Assembly (NCBI GenBank): GCA_965223855.1
Contig: CBDCXM010000009.1
Span: 2,944,001-3,008,000 of the forward strand
DNA: 64,000 nucleotides
Direction of reading: 5' to 3'
Source of the DNA: Candidatus Multivoradales bacterium
GTDB lineage: Bacteria; Acidobacteriota; Thermoanaerobaculia; Multivoradales; JAHEKO01
Below the pieces are notes generated by a model. It searched no databases and had not been told where the DNA came from. It was given only the letters and a program-made list of their open reading frames with translations. Position numbers and translations under genes: made by a program. Numbering within the stretch: the stretch's first letter is position 1; each line of letters starts with the position of its first letter. Of the stretch, positions 51,350 through 63,358 are shown piece by piece.

Positions 51350-52363
51350 GTGAAGATCTTCGAGACGAACTGGGCGGACGCCCTCACCTCGCCGCTGCCC
51401 GTGCCGGGAGGAGCCGTCGCCTCCATCGGGAACTACGACGGAGTCCACCGCGGTCAGCGCGAGATTCTCGCCGGAGTCGTCCGGGAAGCGTGGCGGAACG
51501 AGGCCGCCTCGGTGCTGATCACGTTCGAGCCCCACCCGTTGACGGTGCTCGACCCACCGCGGGCGCCGCTGCGCCTCCTCAGCCCGGAGCAGAAGCGCCG
51601 TCTGGTGGCGGCTGTCGGCATCTCTCACTACGTGGAGCTGCAGTTCGATGCCGCGTTTGCCGAGGTCACGGCGGAGACCTTCCTTCGGGAGTTCCTCGTC
51701 GAGCGGCTGGAAGTCCGGGAAGTCAGAGTCGGGAGCCGCTTCGGTTTCGGGAGGGGAAAGCGGGGCGATCTCGCACTGCTCAGCTCCCTCGGAGAAGAGC
51801 TCGGCTATCGCGCAGTGGGAGTCTCCGAGCTGCTCGACGACGGCATGCCCGTTTCGAGTTCGCGGATTCGGACGGCCGTCGCCGAGGGGAGGGTGGACCT
51901 CGCGACGAGGTTCCTGGGCAGACCGTTCGCCCTCCAAGGTACAATTGTCGAGGGGCAGCGGCAGGGTCGCGGACTCGGCTGGCCGACCATCAACCTCAAG
52001 CCGGTGCAGAGCGCGATTCCAGCCAGGGGCGTCTACGTGAGTGAGGTTCGCTTCGAAGGGGACCGCGACTGGTTGCCGGCGGTGGCGAATGTCGGCGTGA
52101 GACCGACCCTCACCGAAGGAGTGGCCGAGGTCGTCGAGGCACACATCCTCGACTTCTCGGCCGACGTATATGGAAAGACGGCGGAGCTCGCCTTCCTGTC
52201 CCGGCTTCGCCCCGAAAGAGGTTTTGACAGCGCCGAAGCCCTCAAGCAGCAGATCGCCGACGATGTCGAGTCGGCGCGCGCCTACTTCGACACAGCTCAT
52301 CCCGACCCCATCGACCAGGGCGACGCCGACAGAGGCGTCCCCGAGGAGATTCCAGACACATGA
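51350..52363 (+). CDS. ribF: Bifunctional riboflavin kinase / FAD synthetase
   Basis: GNYDGVHRGQ, TFEPHP, SSSRIR, GRGLGWPTIN, GVY, NVGVRPT, EAH. Confidence 0.94.
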   Translation: MKIFETNWADALTSPLPVPGGAVASIGNYDGVHRGQREILAGVVREAWRNEAASVLITFEPHPLTVLDPPRAPLRLLSPEQKRRLVAAVGISHYVELQFDAAFAEVTAETFLREFLVERLEVREVRVGSRFGFGRGKRGDLALLSSLGEELGYRAVGVSELLDDGMPVSSSRIRTAVAEGRVDLATRFLGRPFALQGTIVEGQRQGRGLGWPTINLKPVQSAIPARGVYVSEVRFEGDRDWLPAVANVGVRPTLTEGVAEVVEAHILDFSADVYGKTAELAFLSRLRPERGFDSAEALKQQIADDVESARAYFDTAHPDPIDQGDADRGVPEEIPDT

Positions 52364-52692
52364 GTGACAACGAAAAGATCGTAGAACTGACCAACGACAA
52401 CTTCCAGAACGAGGTGCTCGACTCCGAGACGCCCGTGCTGGTCGACTTCTGGGCCGAGTGGTGCGGACCGTGCCGCATGGTGGCTCCGGTGCTCGACGAG
52501 ATCGCCAACGAGATGGACGGCCAGGTTCGTATCGCCAAGCTCAACGTCGACCACAACCAGGAACTGGCGATGAACTTCCAGGTGCAGAGCATTCCGACCT
52601 TCATCCTCTTCAAGGGAGGCGAGGTCGCCGACCGGATGATGGGAGCGATGCCGAAGGGCGCCTTCGAGCAGTTCCTCGGCCGCCACGTTTGA
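52360..52692 (+). CDS. trxA: Thioredoxin
   Basis: DFWAEWCGPC, SIPT. Confidence 0.96.
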   Translation: MSDNEKIVELTNDNFQNEVLDSETPVLVDFWAEWCGPCRMVAPVLDEIANEMDGQVRIAKLNVDHNQELAMNFQVQSIPTFILFKGGEVADRMMGAMPKGAFEQFLGRHV

Positions 52693-52750
52693 GCGCACCT
52701 TCCGGGCCGAGGGGTCTTCGGCAGATCGCTCGCTGAAGCCGCTCACGACC

Positions 52751-53980
52751 ATGACGTCACCGGCCCACGACAGGCTGCGGACGCTCCTCGAGGACGGGGG
52801 CTTCCGCGGCCTCGTCGTGCTTGCCGACAGCAGCCGCGACGTCGATGTCGCTCCGCTCGTCGCCTCCTGTCACGTCGGCCGCTGCGCGGTGGTCTTCCCG
52901 GTGAAAGGGGAGCCCCTGCTCGCTTTCCTGACCGACATGGAGCGCGAGGAGGCGGAGCGCAGCGGTCTCGAACCCCTCGGTCCCTCCGACCTGGGAGGCG
53001 ATCGGCTCCGTGCCCTGGAAGGGAGGCCTGGCCTGCTGTGGGAGGCCGTGCTCGAGCAGGGGTTCGCCGCTGCGGGAGACGAGGGAGGGGAGTGGGCCCT
53101 CGCCGGACATGCCGGCGCGGGTGGTGTGGCCGAAGCGGTACGGCGGCTGTCGGCATCCGGCAGGCGCTCCTTCGGCGACGGTGGAGAGCTTCTGCGCCGC
53201 TGGCGCAAGCGCAAGTCGGCTCGCGCCTCGCAGGCCTTCGAGCGCCCCTCGGAGGCGGTGCGAATCGCGTTTCGTGAGATCTCCTCCGTGTTGCGAGCTG
53301 CCGACTGGAGCGGGAGTGGCGGCCCCCTCGAGGTCGACGGAAGACCCCTGACTACCGGCGGCTTGCGTTCGCTGATCGCCCGGATCTTTGCCGCACACCG
53401 CCTCGAGCAGCCGCACGGCAACCTGCTGGCGCAGGGTGCCGAAGCCGGCGTCCCTCACAACGCCGGCGAGGACGACACCGGGCTGAGGGCAGGCGCTCCG
53501 ATCGTCGTGGACCTCTTCCCCCGCGGCGAGGTCTACGCCGACTGCACCCGGACCTTCTGCGTCGGTCAGCCGGCGGAGGTCTTCGTCGAGGCTCATGCGG
53601 CGGTGAGACGGGCTCTGGAAGCAGCCCACCGGGAATGCCGCATCGGCGCTCGCGGATGGGAGCTACAGGAGCAGACCTGTGCGCTGCTGGAGTCTGCCGG
53701 CTACCCGACGATCGCGACGTCGCCGGAGACCCGCCGGGGATACGTTCACGGTCTCGGTCACGGTGTGGGATACGAGCTCCACGAGTATCCGAGCTTCCGC
53801 GAGCGGGCAGGAGAAGTCGGGCGGATCGAGGAGGGAGACGTGCTGACGCTCGAACCCGGCCTTTACGACGCCGAGGCCGGCTACGGAGTGAGGCTCGAAG
53901 ACCTCTGCCGCGTGACGGCCGACGGACTCGACAACCTGACGGACCTGCCGTACGAGTACGATCCGAACGCCTGGCGCTGA
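52751..53980 (+). CDS. M24 family (Xaa-Pro) metallopeptidase
   Basis: VVDLFP, ADCTRT, HGLGHGVG..HE.P, TLEPGLY, GVRLED. Confidence 0.9.
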   Translation: MTSPAHDRLRTLLEDGGFRGLVVLADSSRDVDVAPLVASCHVGRCAVVFPVKGEPLLAFLTDMEREEAERSGLEPLGPSDLGGDRLRALEGRPGLLWEAVLEQGFAAAGDEGGEWALAGHAGAGGVAEAVRRLSASGRRSFGDGGELLRRWRKRKSARASQAFERPSEAVRIAFREISSVLRAADWSGSGGPLEVDGRPLTTGGLRSLIARIFAAHRLEQPHGNLLAQGAEAGVPHNAGEDDTGLRAGAPIVVDLFPRGEVYADCTRTFCVGQPAEVFVEAHAAVRRALEAAHRECRIGARGWELQEQTCALLESAGYPTIATSPETRRGYVHGLGHGVGYELHEYPSFRERAGEVGRIEEGDVLTLEPGLYDAEAGYGVRLEDLCRVTADGLDNLTDLPYEYDPNAWR

Positions 53981-54087
53981 GGAGGGAGCTCTGCCCGCCA
54001 CGGACCCGTGGCATACTCCTTCCACCATACGTTTTCATCGGCGGGCACCGCGAGCTTCGGTGTGCCGCACCTTTCGGGAGGGACGCC

Positions 54088-54483
54088 ATGCAGAAGGCCC
54101 TGGGACGTCACGCAGACACGCTCTATGCGGTACTCCGCATCTTCGCCGGCTTCATGTTCGCCCAGCACGGGGCTCAGAAGATGTTCGGCGTACTCGGCCG
54201 CGAGGAGGCGGCGGAGCTGTTTTCGCGAGCGGGACTCGCCGGAGTGATCGAGCTCGTCGGCGGCGTACTCATCATGATCGGACTGTGCACCAGCTGGGCG
54301 GCCTTCCTCGCCAGTGGCACGATGGCCGTCGCCTACTTCCTGGTGCACTTCCCGCGCGGCTTCTGGACCGTGGAGAACGGCGGCGAACTGGCGGTGCTCT
54401 ACTGCTTCGTCTTCCTCTTCATGGCGGCCAAGGGGGACGGTCCGCTCAGTGTCGGAGGAGCGATGGGGAAGGGCAAGAGCTAG
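54088..54483 (+). CDS. DoxX family membrane protein
   Basis: LRIFAG, HGAQK, ELVGG, MAVAYF.H, NGGELA; GGAGG SD. Confidence 0.9.
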   Translation: MQKALGRHADTLYAVLRIFAGFMFAQHGAQKMFGVLGREEAAELFSRAGLAGVIELVGGVLIMIGLCTSWAAFLASGTMAVAYFLVHFPRGFWTVENGGELAVLYCFVFLFMAAKGDGPLSVGGAMGKGKS

Positions 54484-54620
54484 CCCTACTGGGGGGATCC
54501 ACCTACGGTCCTCGGCTATAGCTCCACGAGCGGCAGGTCGATGATGGAACCCCGGAGGTGCTGACGGACGAATCGGTGCTGGGGGAGAAGGACCGCCGCC
54601 GAAACCGCGCACGCCTGATG

Positions 54621-54753
54621 GCGGTCGAGCTACCCGTCGGCGTATCCTCCAGGCCTCGCCACGGGACACTTCATCGGCGCCGCAAGGACGCAACTCCTCA
54701 CGGACGATGGCAAGCCTGAGCCGACGCCCTACCCGGTAGCCCTTCGCGACCGC
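54621..54753. other. Rod-like hairpin in the convergent doxX/guaB intergenic region (candidate ncRNA)
   Basis: Five nested stems: GCGGTCG/CGACCGC, GCTACC/GGTAGC, CGTCGGC/GCCGACG, CAGGC/GCCTG, GCCA/TGGC. Confidence 0.4.
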
Positions 54754-54799
54754 TTCCCGCCCCCCTGCGACGGTCCTGCCGGAGGAAGCGGGACGGCCT

Positions 54800-56268
54800 C
54801 TACCGCTCCACCCAGTAGTTGGGCGCTTCCTTGGTGATGGTCACGTCGTGCGCGTGGCTCTCCTTGAGCCCGGCGCTGGTGATCTTGAGGAACCTCACCT
54901 GCGTCCGAAGCTCCTCGATCGTGCCGCAGCCAGCCAGCCCCATCCCGGAGCGCAGCCCCCCCGTGAGCTGCTGAAGCACCTGGTGAACGCTGCCCTTGTA
55001 GGGCACCATCCCCTCGATCCCCTCGGGCACCAGCTTCGAGAGCTCTCCCTCGTCGGCCTGGAAGTAGCGGTCGGCGCTCCCCTGTGCCATGGCGGACAGT
55101 GAGCCCATACCGCGATAGGCCTTGAACGTGCGTCCCTGGTAGAGAATGGTCTCACCCGGGCTCTCCTCCGTACCGGCGAAGAGCGAGCCGATCATCACCG
55201 TGTTCGCACCGGCGGCGATCGCCTTGGTGACGTCGCCCGAGAACTTCACTCCGCCGTCCGCAATGACGGGTACACCCCGCTCTGCCGCGACTTCGACCGC
55301 ATCCATCACCGCCGTAACCTGCGGCACGCCGGCCCCGGTGACGATCCGGGTGGTGCAGATCGATCCGGGGCCGATCCCGACCTTCACCGCATCGACACCA
55401 CGTTCGAGCAGTGCGAGCGCCCCCTCTCGCGTCGCGATGTTGCCGGCGATCAGCTGAGTGTCCGGGAACCGCTCCCTCAGCACTTCGACGGCGTCGAGGA
55501 CACCGCGGCTGTGAGCGTGAGACGAGTCGACCGCCAGCAGATCCACCCCCGCCGAGACCAGCGCACCTGCCCGCTCGAGGAAGCGGCCCGAGGCGCCGAC
55601 GGCCGCGCCGACTCTCAGCCGTCCGAGGTCGTCCTTGCACGCGTGGGGGAACTGGATCTTCTTCTGAATGTCCTTGACCGTGATCAACCCCTTGAGGTTG
55701 CCGTCGGCGTCGACGACCAGCAGCTTCTCGATGCGGTGCCGGTGGAGGAGCGCTTTTGCCTCGTCGAGGGTGGTCCCCTCCGGCACGGTGACGAGGTCGT
55801 CCTTCGTCATGAGCTCGGAGATCCTCTTCTCGGGATCGTCCTCGAAGCGCAGATCACGGTTGGTGAGGATGCCGACGAGGCGTCCCTCGTCGTCGGTCAC
55901 GGGCACGCCCGAGATCTTGTAGCGGGCCATCACCTCTAGCGCTTCGTGGATCCGCTGCTCCGGGCGCATGGTGACCGGATCGACGATCATCCCCGCCTCC
56001 GACCGCTTCACCTTGTCGACCTGGTCGGCCTGCGCGTCGATCGACAGATTCTTGTGCAGAATGCCGAGCCCTCCCGCCTGGGCGAGCGCGATCGCGAGCT
56101 GTGACTCGGTCACCGTGTCCATCGCCGCCGAGACGATCGGGATGTTGAGCGAGATGCCCCGGGTGAGGGAGGTCTCGAGAGCGACCTCCGCCGGGTGGAC
56201 CTCCGAGAGACCGGGTGGGATGAGAACGTCGTCGAAGGTCAGCGCTTCGCGGGGAGTCCGATCCTGGG

Positions 56269-56272
<4 letters not shown>
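54800..56272 (-). CDS. guaB: IMP dehydrogenase
   Basis: [18 protein letters not shown] pair, [28 protein letters not shown]; ATGA overlap with the secA stop. Confidence 0.98.
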
Positions 56273-58968
<2,696 letters not shown>

Positions 58969-59123
58969 GGCTAGAGTCCTCTGGGTTCAGTCCTGATAGG
59001 GATCGTTCGGGCTCACGCCTTGGGGGAGAGCGGGAGAGTCGGGTACCGGAAACCCGGTAGCGACTGCGTGGGGAGGATGGGGGTGCGGCCGGCCAGACGG
59101 GCTCGTCCCCGCCCCTTCACTGT

Positions 59124-59152
59124 AACAAAAACACCGCCTCGATCGGCGGTGT
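59124..59152 (-). terminator. Intrinsic terminator after the M23 peptidase gene
   Basis: Minus strand ACACCGCC-gatcga-GGCGGTGT followed by TTTTGTT. Confidence 0.7.
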
Positions 59153-59200
59153 CGAAGCTCGTCCGCAGAAGGCGGCGAGGAGCGGTTCTGCAGCCGGCTG

Positions 59201-60088
59201 CTAGGAGCCGTGGTTGCCCGTGCCGTCCAGGATGTAGGCGCGAGGATTCTCCGGCTGGCCGTCCACCCGTACCTCGTAGTGGAGGTGGTACCCGGTCGAC
59301 CGTCCGGTGTTGCCGATCAGGCCGATCGTGTCGCGTTGCCGGACACGATCGCCGGGCTTGACGTCGATCCTCGAAAGATGTCCGTAGCGGGTGGTGATGC
59401 CGTAGCCGTGAGCGATGTAGACCGCGTTCCCGAGCCCGCCGATCCGCTCGGCGCGCACGACGACTCCGTCGGCCGTAGCCTGCACGGCACGACCCGGGGT
59501 CGCAGCGATGTCGATCGCCCAGTGTGCCGCCCGGCGTCCGGTGATCGGGTCCTTGCGGTAGCCGTAGCCGCTGGTGAGGATTCCCTTGACCGGCGAGATC
59601 GAGGGAGTCGACGAGATGAGCTGTTGCCGCTCGTCGAGACTCGCTGAGACGGCCGCCAGAGCGTCGTTCAGCGACTCGGCGCGAACGTCGAGGTTGCCGA
59701 GGGCCAGCTCGGAATCGATCGGCGCCGGCGTCGAGAGACCGCCGACACCCGCCTCACGGGACTCGCTGAACGTCTCGTCGAGGCCGGCGACGATGGCGAG
59801 CTGCCGTGTCTGCTCCTCGAACTCGGCGAGCTGCTGCTGAAGAGTGGAGATGCTCTGCTCGAACGATCGATTGATCTCGCGCAGATTCTCGTTCTCGGTC
59901 GTCACGCTCTCGAGCTCGTGACGGTCGATCGTGCTCGTGAAGAACGACCAGGTCGTGAAGAGTGAAGCCGCGATCAGAAACGTGGCGACTCCAGCCGCTA
60001 CGAGCAGTTGGCGGTTCGTGATCCGCCACTTGCGAAAGCGTGCCCGTGCGTGGGGCACAAAGATCACCGTGTGGTACTTCAATCCCAT
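59201..60088 (-). CDS. M23 family metalloendopeptidase with N-terminal TM and coiled coil
   Basis: TPSISPV.G, HWAID (HxxxD), YGHL, GNTGRSTGYHLHYEV. Confidence 0.93.
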   Translation of the reverse strand: MGLKYHTVIFVPHARARFRKWRITNRQLLVAAGVATFLIAASLFTTWSFFTSTIDRHELESVTTENENLREINRSFEQSISTLQQQLAEFEEQTRQLAIVAGLDETFSESREAGVGGLSTPAPIDSELALGNLDVRAESLNDALAAVSASLDERQQLISSTPSISPVKGILTSGYGYRKDPITGRRAAHWAIDIAATPGRAVQATADGVVVRAERIGGLGNAVYIAHGYGITTRYGHLSRIDVKPGDRVRQRDTIGLIGNTGRSTGYHLHYEVRVDGQPENPRAYILDGTGNHGS

Positions 60089-60151
60089 CCTCAAATTGTG
60101 TTTGGGGTGGGCGTCCCTCAATGCCGCTCGCCCGGCTCCCGGAGTGGCGCT

Positions 60152-60179
60152 ATTTTACTGAGCGCCCAAAGGTTGTCAA
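60152..60179 (-). promoter_or_regulatory. Sigma70-type promoter TTGACA-16-TAAAAT for the M23 gene
   Basis: -35 at 60179-60174, -10 at 60157-60152. Confidence 0.7.
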
Positions 60180-60261
60180 GCGTCCCGCACACGCCGCCGT
60201 CTCAGTGTTCTTCTAACAGGTCGGTGGCTCGGAAGCCGAGGTTTTCCACAGGCAGGCTTGC

Positions 60262-61074
60262 TCAGTCGAAGACACCGAAGACGGCCCCCGCCAGCGCCCC
60301 CAGAACCGCGCACAACCACTGGACCCACCTCCGAGTGGGCCGCAGCGACTCGTCCTGCACCAGGTCGAAGGCGCCGACGTAGATGAACGTCCCCGATGCG
60401 AGCGCCAGCGCGCCGGCTTCGATCCACGACGCTTCCGGTGCACCCCCGCCGACGACCATACCGACGCCGATGCCCAGCGGAGTCATCGAGGCGAACAGTG
60501 CCGCCAGCCGGCCGCGCCACTGCCCGAGTTCCTCGGCAGAAGCCAGAGCCAGCCCCAGCGCCATGCCGGCGGTCGCCTTGTGAACCGAGATCGCGAGCAG
60601 GCCGAGCCCGGCCGTGACTCCGCCGGTGGCGACGCCGAGCCCCAGACCGGCGAGAACCGAGTGGAGCGACAGCGCCAGCGAGAGGACGATCGGTCGGCTC
60701 GTTGCCGACCCGCCGTGCCCGTGGGCATGAGCCTGCCCCTCACCGGAGTGGGCGTGGGCGGCGTGATGGGCGGCATCGGGCAGCAGGACATGCTCGAGCA
60801 GGAGCATCCCTAGAAAGGCGGCGAGCGCCAGGCTCGAGGCCCAGGGATAGCCGTCCTCACGAGCGAGGAGCGAGGCGCTCTCCGGGAGCAGATGGACCAA
60901 TCCGAGGGCGAGAAAGAGCCCGGCGGAGAAGGCGTTCCCGGCACCGATCCAGGCACTTCCTCGCCGATCGGTGGCGGCTCCATGCCGGACCCATCGCAAC
61001 GGCAGGGCGACCCCGATCCAGCCGACCAGCCCGGTCACGACGATGAGGAGCCACCGGGGATCGAGCGACGTCAT
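60262..61074 (-). CDS. ZIP family metal (zinc) transporter
   Basis: GLFLALGLVHLLPES, His-rich loop HHAAHAHSGEGQAHAHGH, ALSLHS, HK, TPLG, GTFIYV. Confidence 0.88.
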   Translation of the reverse strand: MTSLDPRWLLIVVTGLVGWIGVALPLRWVRHGAATDRRGSAWIGAGNAFSAGLFLALGLVHLLPESASLLAREDGYPWASSLALAAFLGMLLLEHVLLPDAAHHAAHAHSGEGQAHAHGHGGSATSRPIVLSLALSLHSVLAGLGLGVATGGVTAGLGLLAISVHKATAGMALGLALASAEELGQWRGRLAALFASMTPLGIGVGMVVGGGAPEASWIEAGALALASGTFIYVGAFDLVQDESLRPTRRWVQWLCAVLGALAGAVFGVFD

Positions 61075-61093
61075 GCAACCGTTCCCATCGCAC

Positions 61094-62386
61094 TCACAGC
61101 CCGAGCACCCCCACCTGACCGTGGTAGAAGATTCCGGCGATCGCACCCGTCATGAGGGTCGCCAGGGTTGCCGCAGCGAGAGCCCGCAGGGCGAGTGCGG
61201 ACAGCGCCTCGAGACGGCTCGGCGCCAGCGCGGCAAAGCCGCCGACGGCGATCGCCATGCCGCCGACGTGGGCGAAGCCGCACAATGCGTACGAGAGCAC
61301 CAGCACGGTTCGCTCCGAGAGCGCTCCTGTTGCCGCGGCGGCGCCCAGTTCCTGATAGCTCACGACCTCGGTCAGGACCAGTCTCTGCCCCAGGAGCCGT
61401 GACGCGGTCCCCAGGTCCGCCGGATCGATCCCCAGAAGCCAGGCGAAGGGCGTGAAGGCGAAGCCGAGCAGCTGCGCGATCCCGATCGGGGACTCGGCCC
61501 CCAGCAGCTCGGCTGCTCTCCCCACCAGAAGGTCCGCTACACCGACCACTCCGAGGACCGCGATCAGGATGGCGGAGATCGCGGCCGCCACCTTGACGCC
61601 GTCGAGGGCTCCAGCGGCGAGAGCCCCCATCGAGCTCTCGTGGCGGTCTCCCTCGGCGAGAGGGGGGACAGCGCCCAGGGTCTCGGGTGTCGTCGTCTCC
61701 GGGAGCATCAGCTTCGCTACCAGAACGGTGCAGGGGATCGAGAGCAGGGAGGCGCTCAGAAGGTGGCCGGCGATCTGCGGAAAGGCGTCGCGCAGAAACA
61801 GGACGTAGATCGCCAGGGTCGTCGAGGCGACCGTCGCCAGATTGGCTGTCATCACGGTCAGCAGTTCCGAGCGAGTCATCGACTTCAGATAGGGACGGAT
61901 CGCGGCCGCCGTCTCGACTCCGAAGAACATGTGGAGCGACCCGGCAAGCGCTTCGGCCCCGGAGAGGGCGAGCGTGCGGTGGAACAGACGTCCGAACGCC
62001 TTCACGACCGGCTGGATCCAGCCGAGGTGGTAGAGGAGGGCCATCAGGGAGGCGAAGAAGATCACGGCCGGAAGGACCTGCGCCGCGAGCACGAAGCCGA
62101 TCGAAGGTTCCCCCGCAGGAGTCGTCTCTCCCGGGCTCAAGGCCAGGGGGCCGAAGAGGAACACCGCTCCGCGCGTGCTCTCCGACAGCAGGGCGAGAAT
62201 CGCGTCGTTGGCGACGAGCAGAACACGGCGGGAAGGAGGTACGACGAAGACCAGTGCTCCGAGGCCGAACACGAGCGCTGCGCATCCGGCGATCGTGCGC
62301 CAGGGAAGCGGACGTCGACACCCTCCCAGTGCCCAGGCGAGGCCGGCAAAGGCGAGCCAGCCTGCAAGCGAGACGAGGTTCAGCAT
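61094..62386 (-). CDS. CNT family (NupC-like) nucleoside transporter
   Basis: GAVFLFG, QVLPAVIFFASL, SGAE, RPYL, ATVAST, LTEVVSY, YALCGFAH, TLMTGAIAG. Confidence 0.92.
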   Translation of the reverse strand: MLNLVSLAGWLAFAGLAWALGGCRRPLPWRTIAGCAALVFGLGALVFVVPPSRRVLLVANDAILALLSESTRGAVFLFGPLALSPGETTPAGEPSIGFVLAAQVLPAVIFFASLMALLYHLGWIQPVVKAFGRLFHRTLALSGAEALAGSLHMFFGVETAAAIRPYLKSMTRSELLTVMTANLATVASTTLAIYVLFLRDAFPQIAGHLLSASLLSIPCTVLVAKLMLPETTTPETLGAVPPLAEGDRHESSMGALAAGALDGVKVAAAISAILIAVLGVVGVADLLVGRAAELLGAESPIGIAQLLGFAFTPFAWLLGIDPADLGTASRLLGQRLVLTEVVSYQELGAAAATGALSERTVLVLSYALCGFAHVGGMAIAVGGFAALAPSRLEALSALALRALAAATLATLMTGAIAGIFYHGQVGVLGL

Positions 62387-62413
62387 TGCGGCGCCGCTCG
62401 TCGGACGACCGCT

Positions 62414-63280
62414 TCAGTCGGCGTAAGCGGCATTGAGAACCTCCGCCAGCCGGACGCCGGCCTGAAAGAGGCGCTGCTTCACCGTCCCGATGTGGTCGTA
62501 GGAGTAGCGGTAGCCGAGCTCGGGCAGGTGGCTCTCACGGTCGGTCCTGTTCCAGATCTCATAAACGTCCGACCGCAGCGCACGCGATTCCAGCGCCCAC
62601 TCGACCGGACGGGCACCCGACCACTCGCCGCCTCTGCTTTCGAACTCCTGCTCGATGAACTGCGTGAACTCGGTGAAGCTCAGGCTCTCCCGATCGATCA
62701 GACCGGAGTCCCACAGCGCGTGCAGTCGCATCGGTTCGTCGAACCACTCGACCATGATCGAGTTTCCGCCGCGATCGCCCCCACGGCCGACGTGGAGGGG
62801 CTGGTGGAGGTCGCCGATGATGTGAACGAGGAACGCCAGGGCCGTGGCATCGAGCGAATCGAACAGCAGATCGACTCCCGCCTCCTCGACGAGTTCGCCG
62901 AAGTGCGAGCGGACGGCGGCGTCGCCGGCGAGCAGACGCTCGAAGAACTCGATCGCCTCGACCGCGTTGTCCGGGGTCTCGCTCTCCGCGGCGCGCGTCA
63001 GCACCGCGCGCAGCTCGTTGTCGTCCTCGACGGTCACGTAGTGCCAGGTGTTCACGAAGCTCCATCTGCGGTCGGAGCGAATGAAGTCCGGCCAGGTCGA
63101 GACCTGAGCCAGCCGTGTCGACCCGGCGTAGGCGCCGATCGCGTCGCGCGCCTCGGGCGACAGCCGGCTCTGGGCGATCTCGCCGACGATCCGGTGCCCG
63201 TTGTCGCCCCAGGCGAGAAGTGCCGGCGGCAGAGAGATCAGCGCCAGCAGACTGAGAAGCAGAGCCCTCTTTGCGTTCAC
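62414..63280 (-). CDS. Secreted S1/P1 family nuclease
   Basis: Signal peptide then WGDNGH, WPD, WHY, HIIGDLHQPLH, GGN, LHALWD, AGVRLA; GGAGG SD. Confidence 0.93.
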   Translation of the reverse strand: MNAKRALLLSLLALISLPPALLAWGDNGHRIVGEIAQSRLSPEARDAIGAYAGSTRLAQVSTWPDFIRSDRRWSFVNTWHYVTVEDDNELRAVLTRAAESETPDNAVEAIEFFERLLAGDAAVRSHFGELVEEAGVDLLFDSLDATALAFLVHIIGDLHQPLHVGRGGDRGGNSIMVEWFDEPMRLHALWDSGLIDRESLSFTEFTQFIEQEFESRGGEWSGARPVEWALESRALRSDVYEIWNRTDRESHLPELGYRYSYDHIGTVKQRLFQAGVRLAEVLNAAYAD

Positions 63281-63299
63281 GTTTCCTCCGATCGGCGGC

Positions 63300-63308
63300 A
63301 GGGTAGCA
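63300..63308 (-). promoter_or_regulatory. Putative extended -10 (TGcTACCCT) for the nuclease operon
   Basis: TG-n-TACCCT 19 nt upstream of the GTG start. Confidence 0.4.
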
Positions 63309-63358
63309 GAGGTGCGAACCGGAGGGAGCAGGGCAGCGGGTCGCCTGTCGAGTGAGAC

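Noticed and set aside
51940-51945. TACAAT inside ribF as an internal trxA promoter
   Set aside because: No -35 or extended TG, and it is more than 400 nt from trxA, so support is insufficient.
54590-54799. SRP RNA (CCGGAGGAAGCGG) or group II intron domain V (GCCGAAACCGCGCACG) look-alikes
   Set aside because: The SRP CAGG...GNRA...AGCA arrangement and the domain V AGC/CGC triad helix are not properly formed.
59013-59120. 35-aa minus-strand ORF upstream of secA as a SecM-like arrest peptide
   Set aside because: No signal or TM segment, no SD, and no recognisable arrest motif such as RAGP or RAPP.
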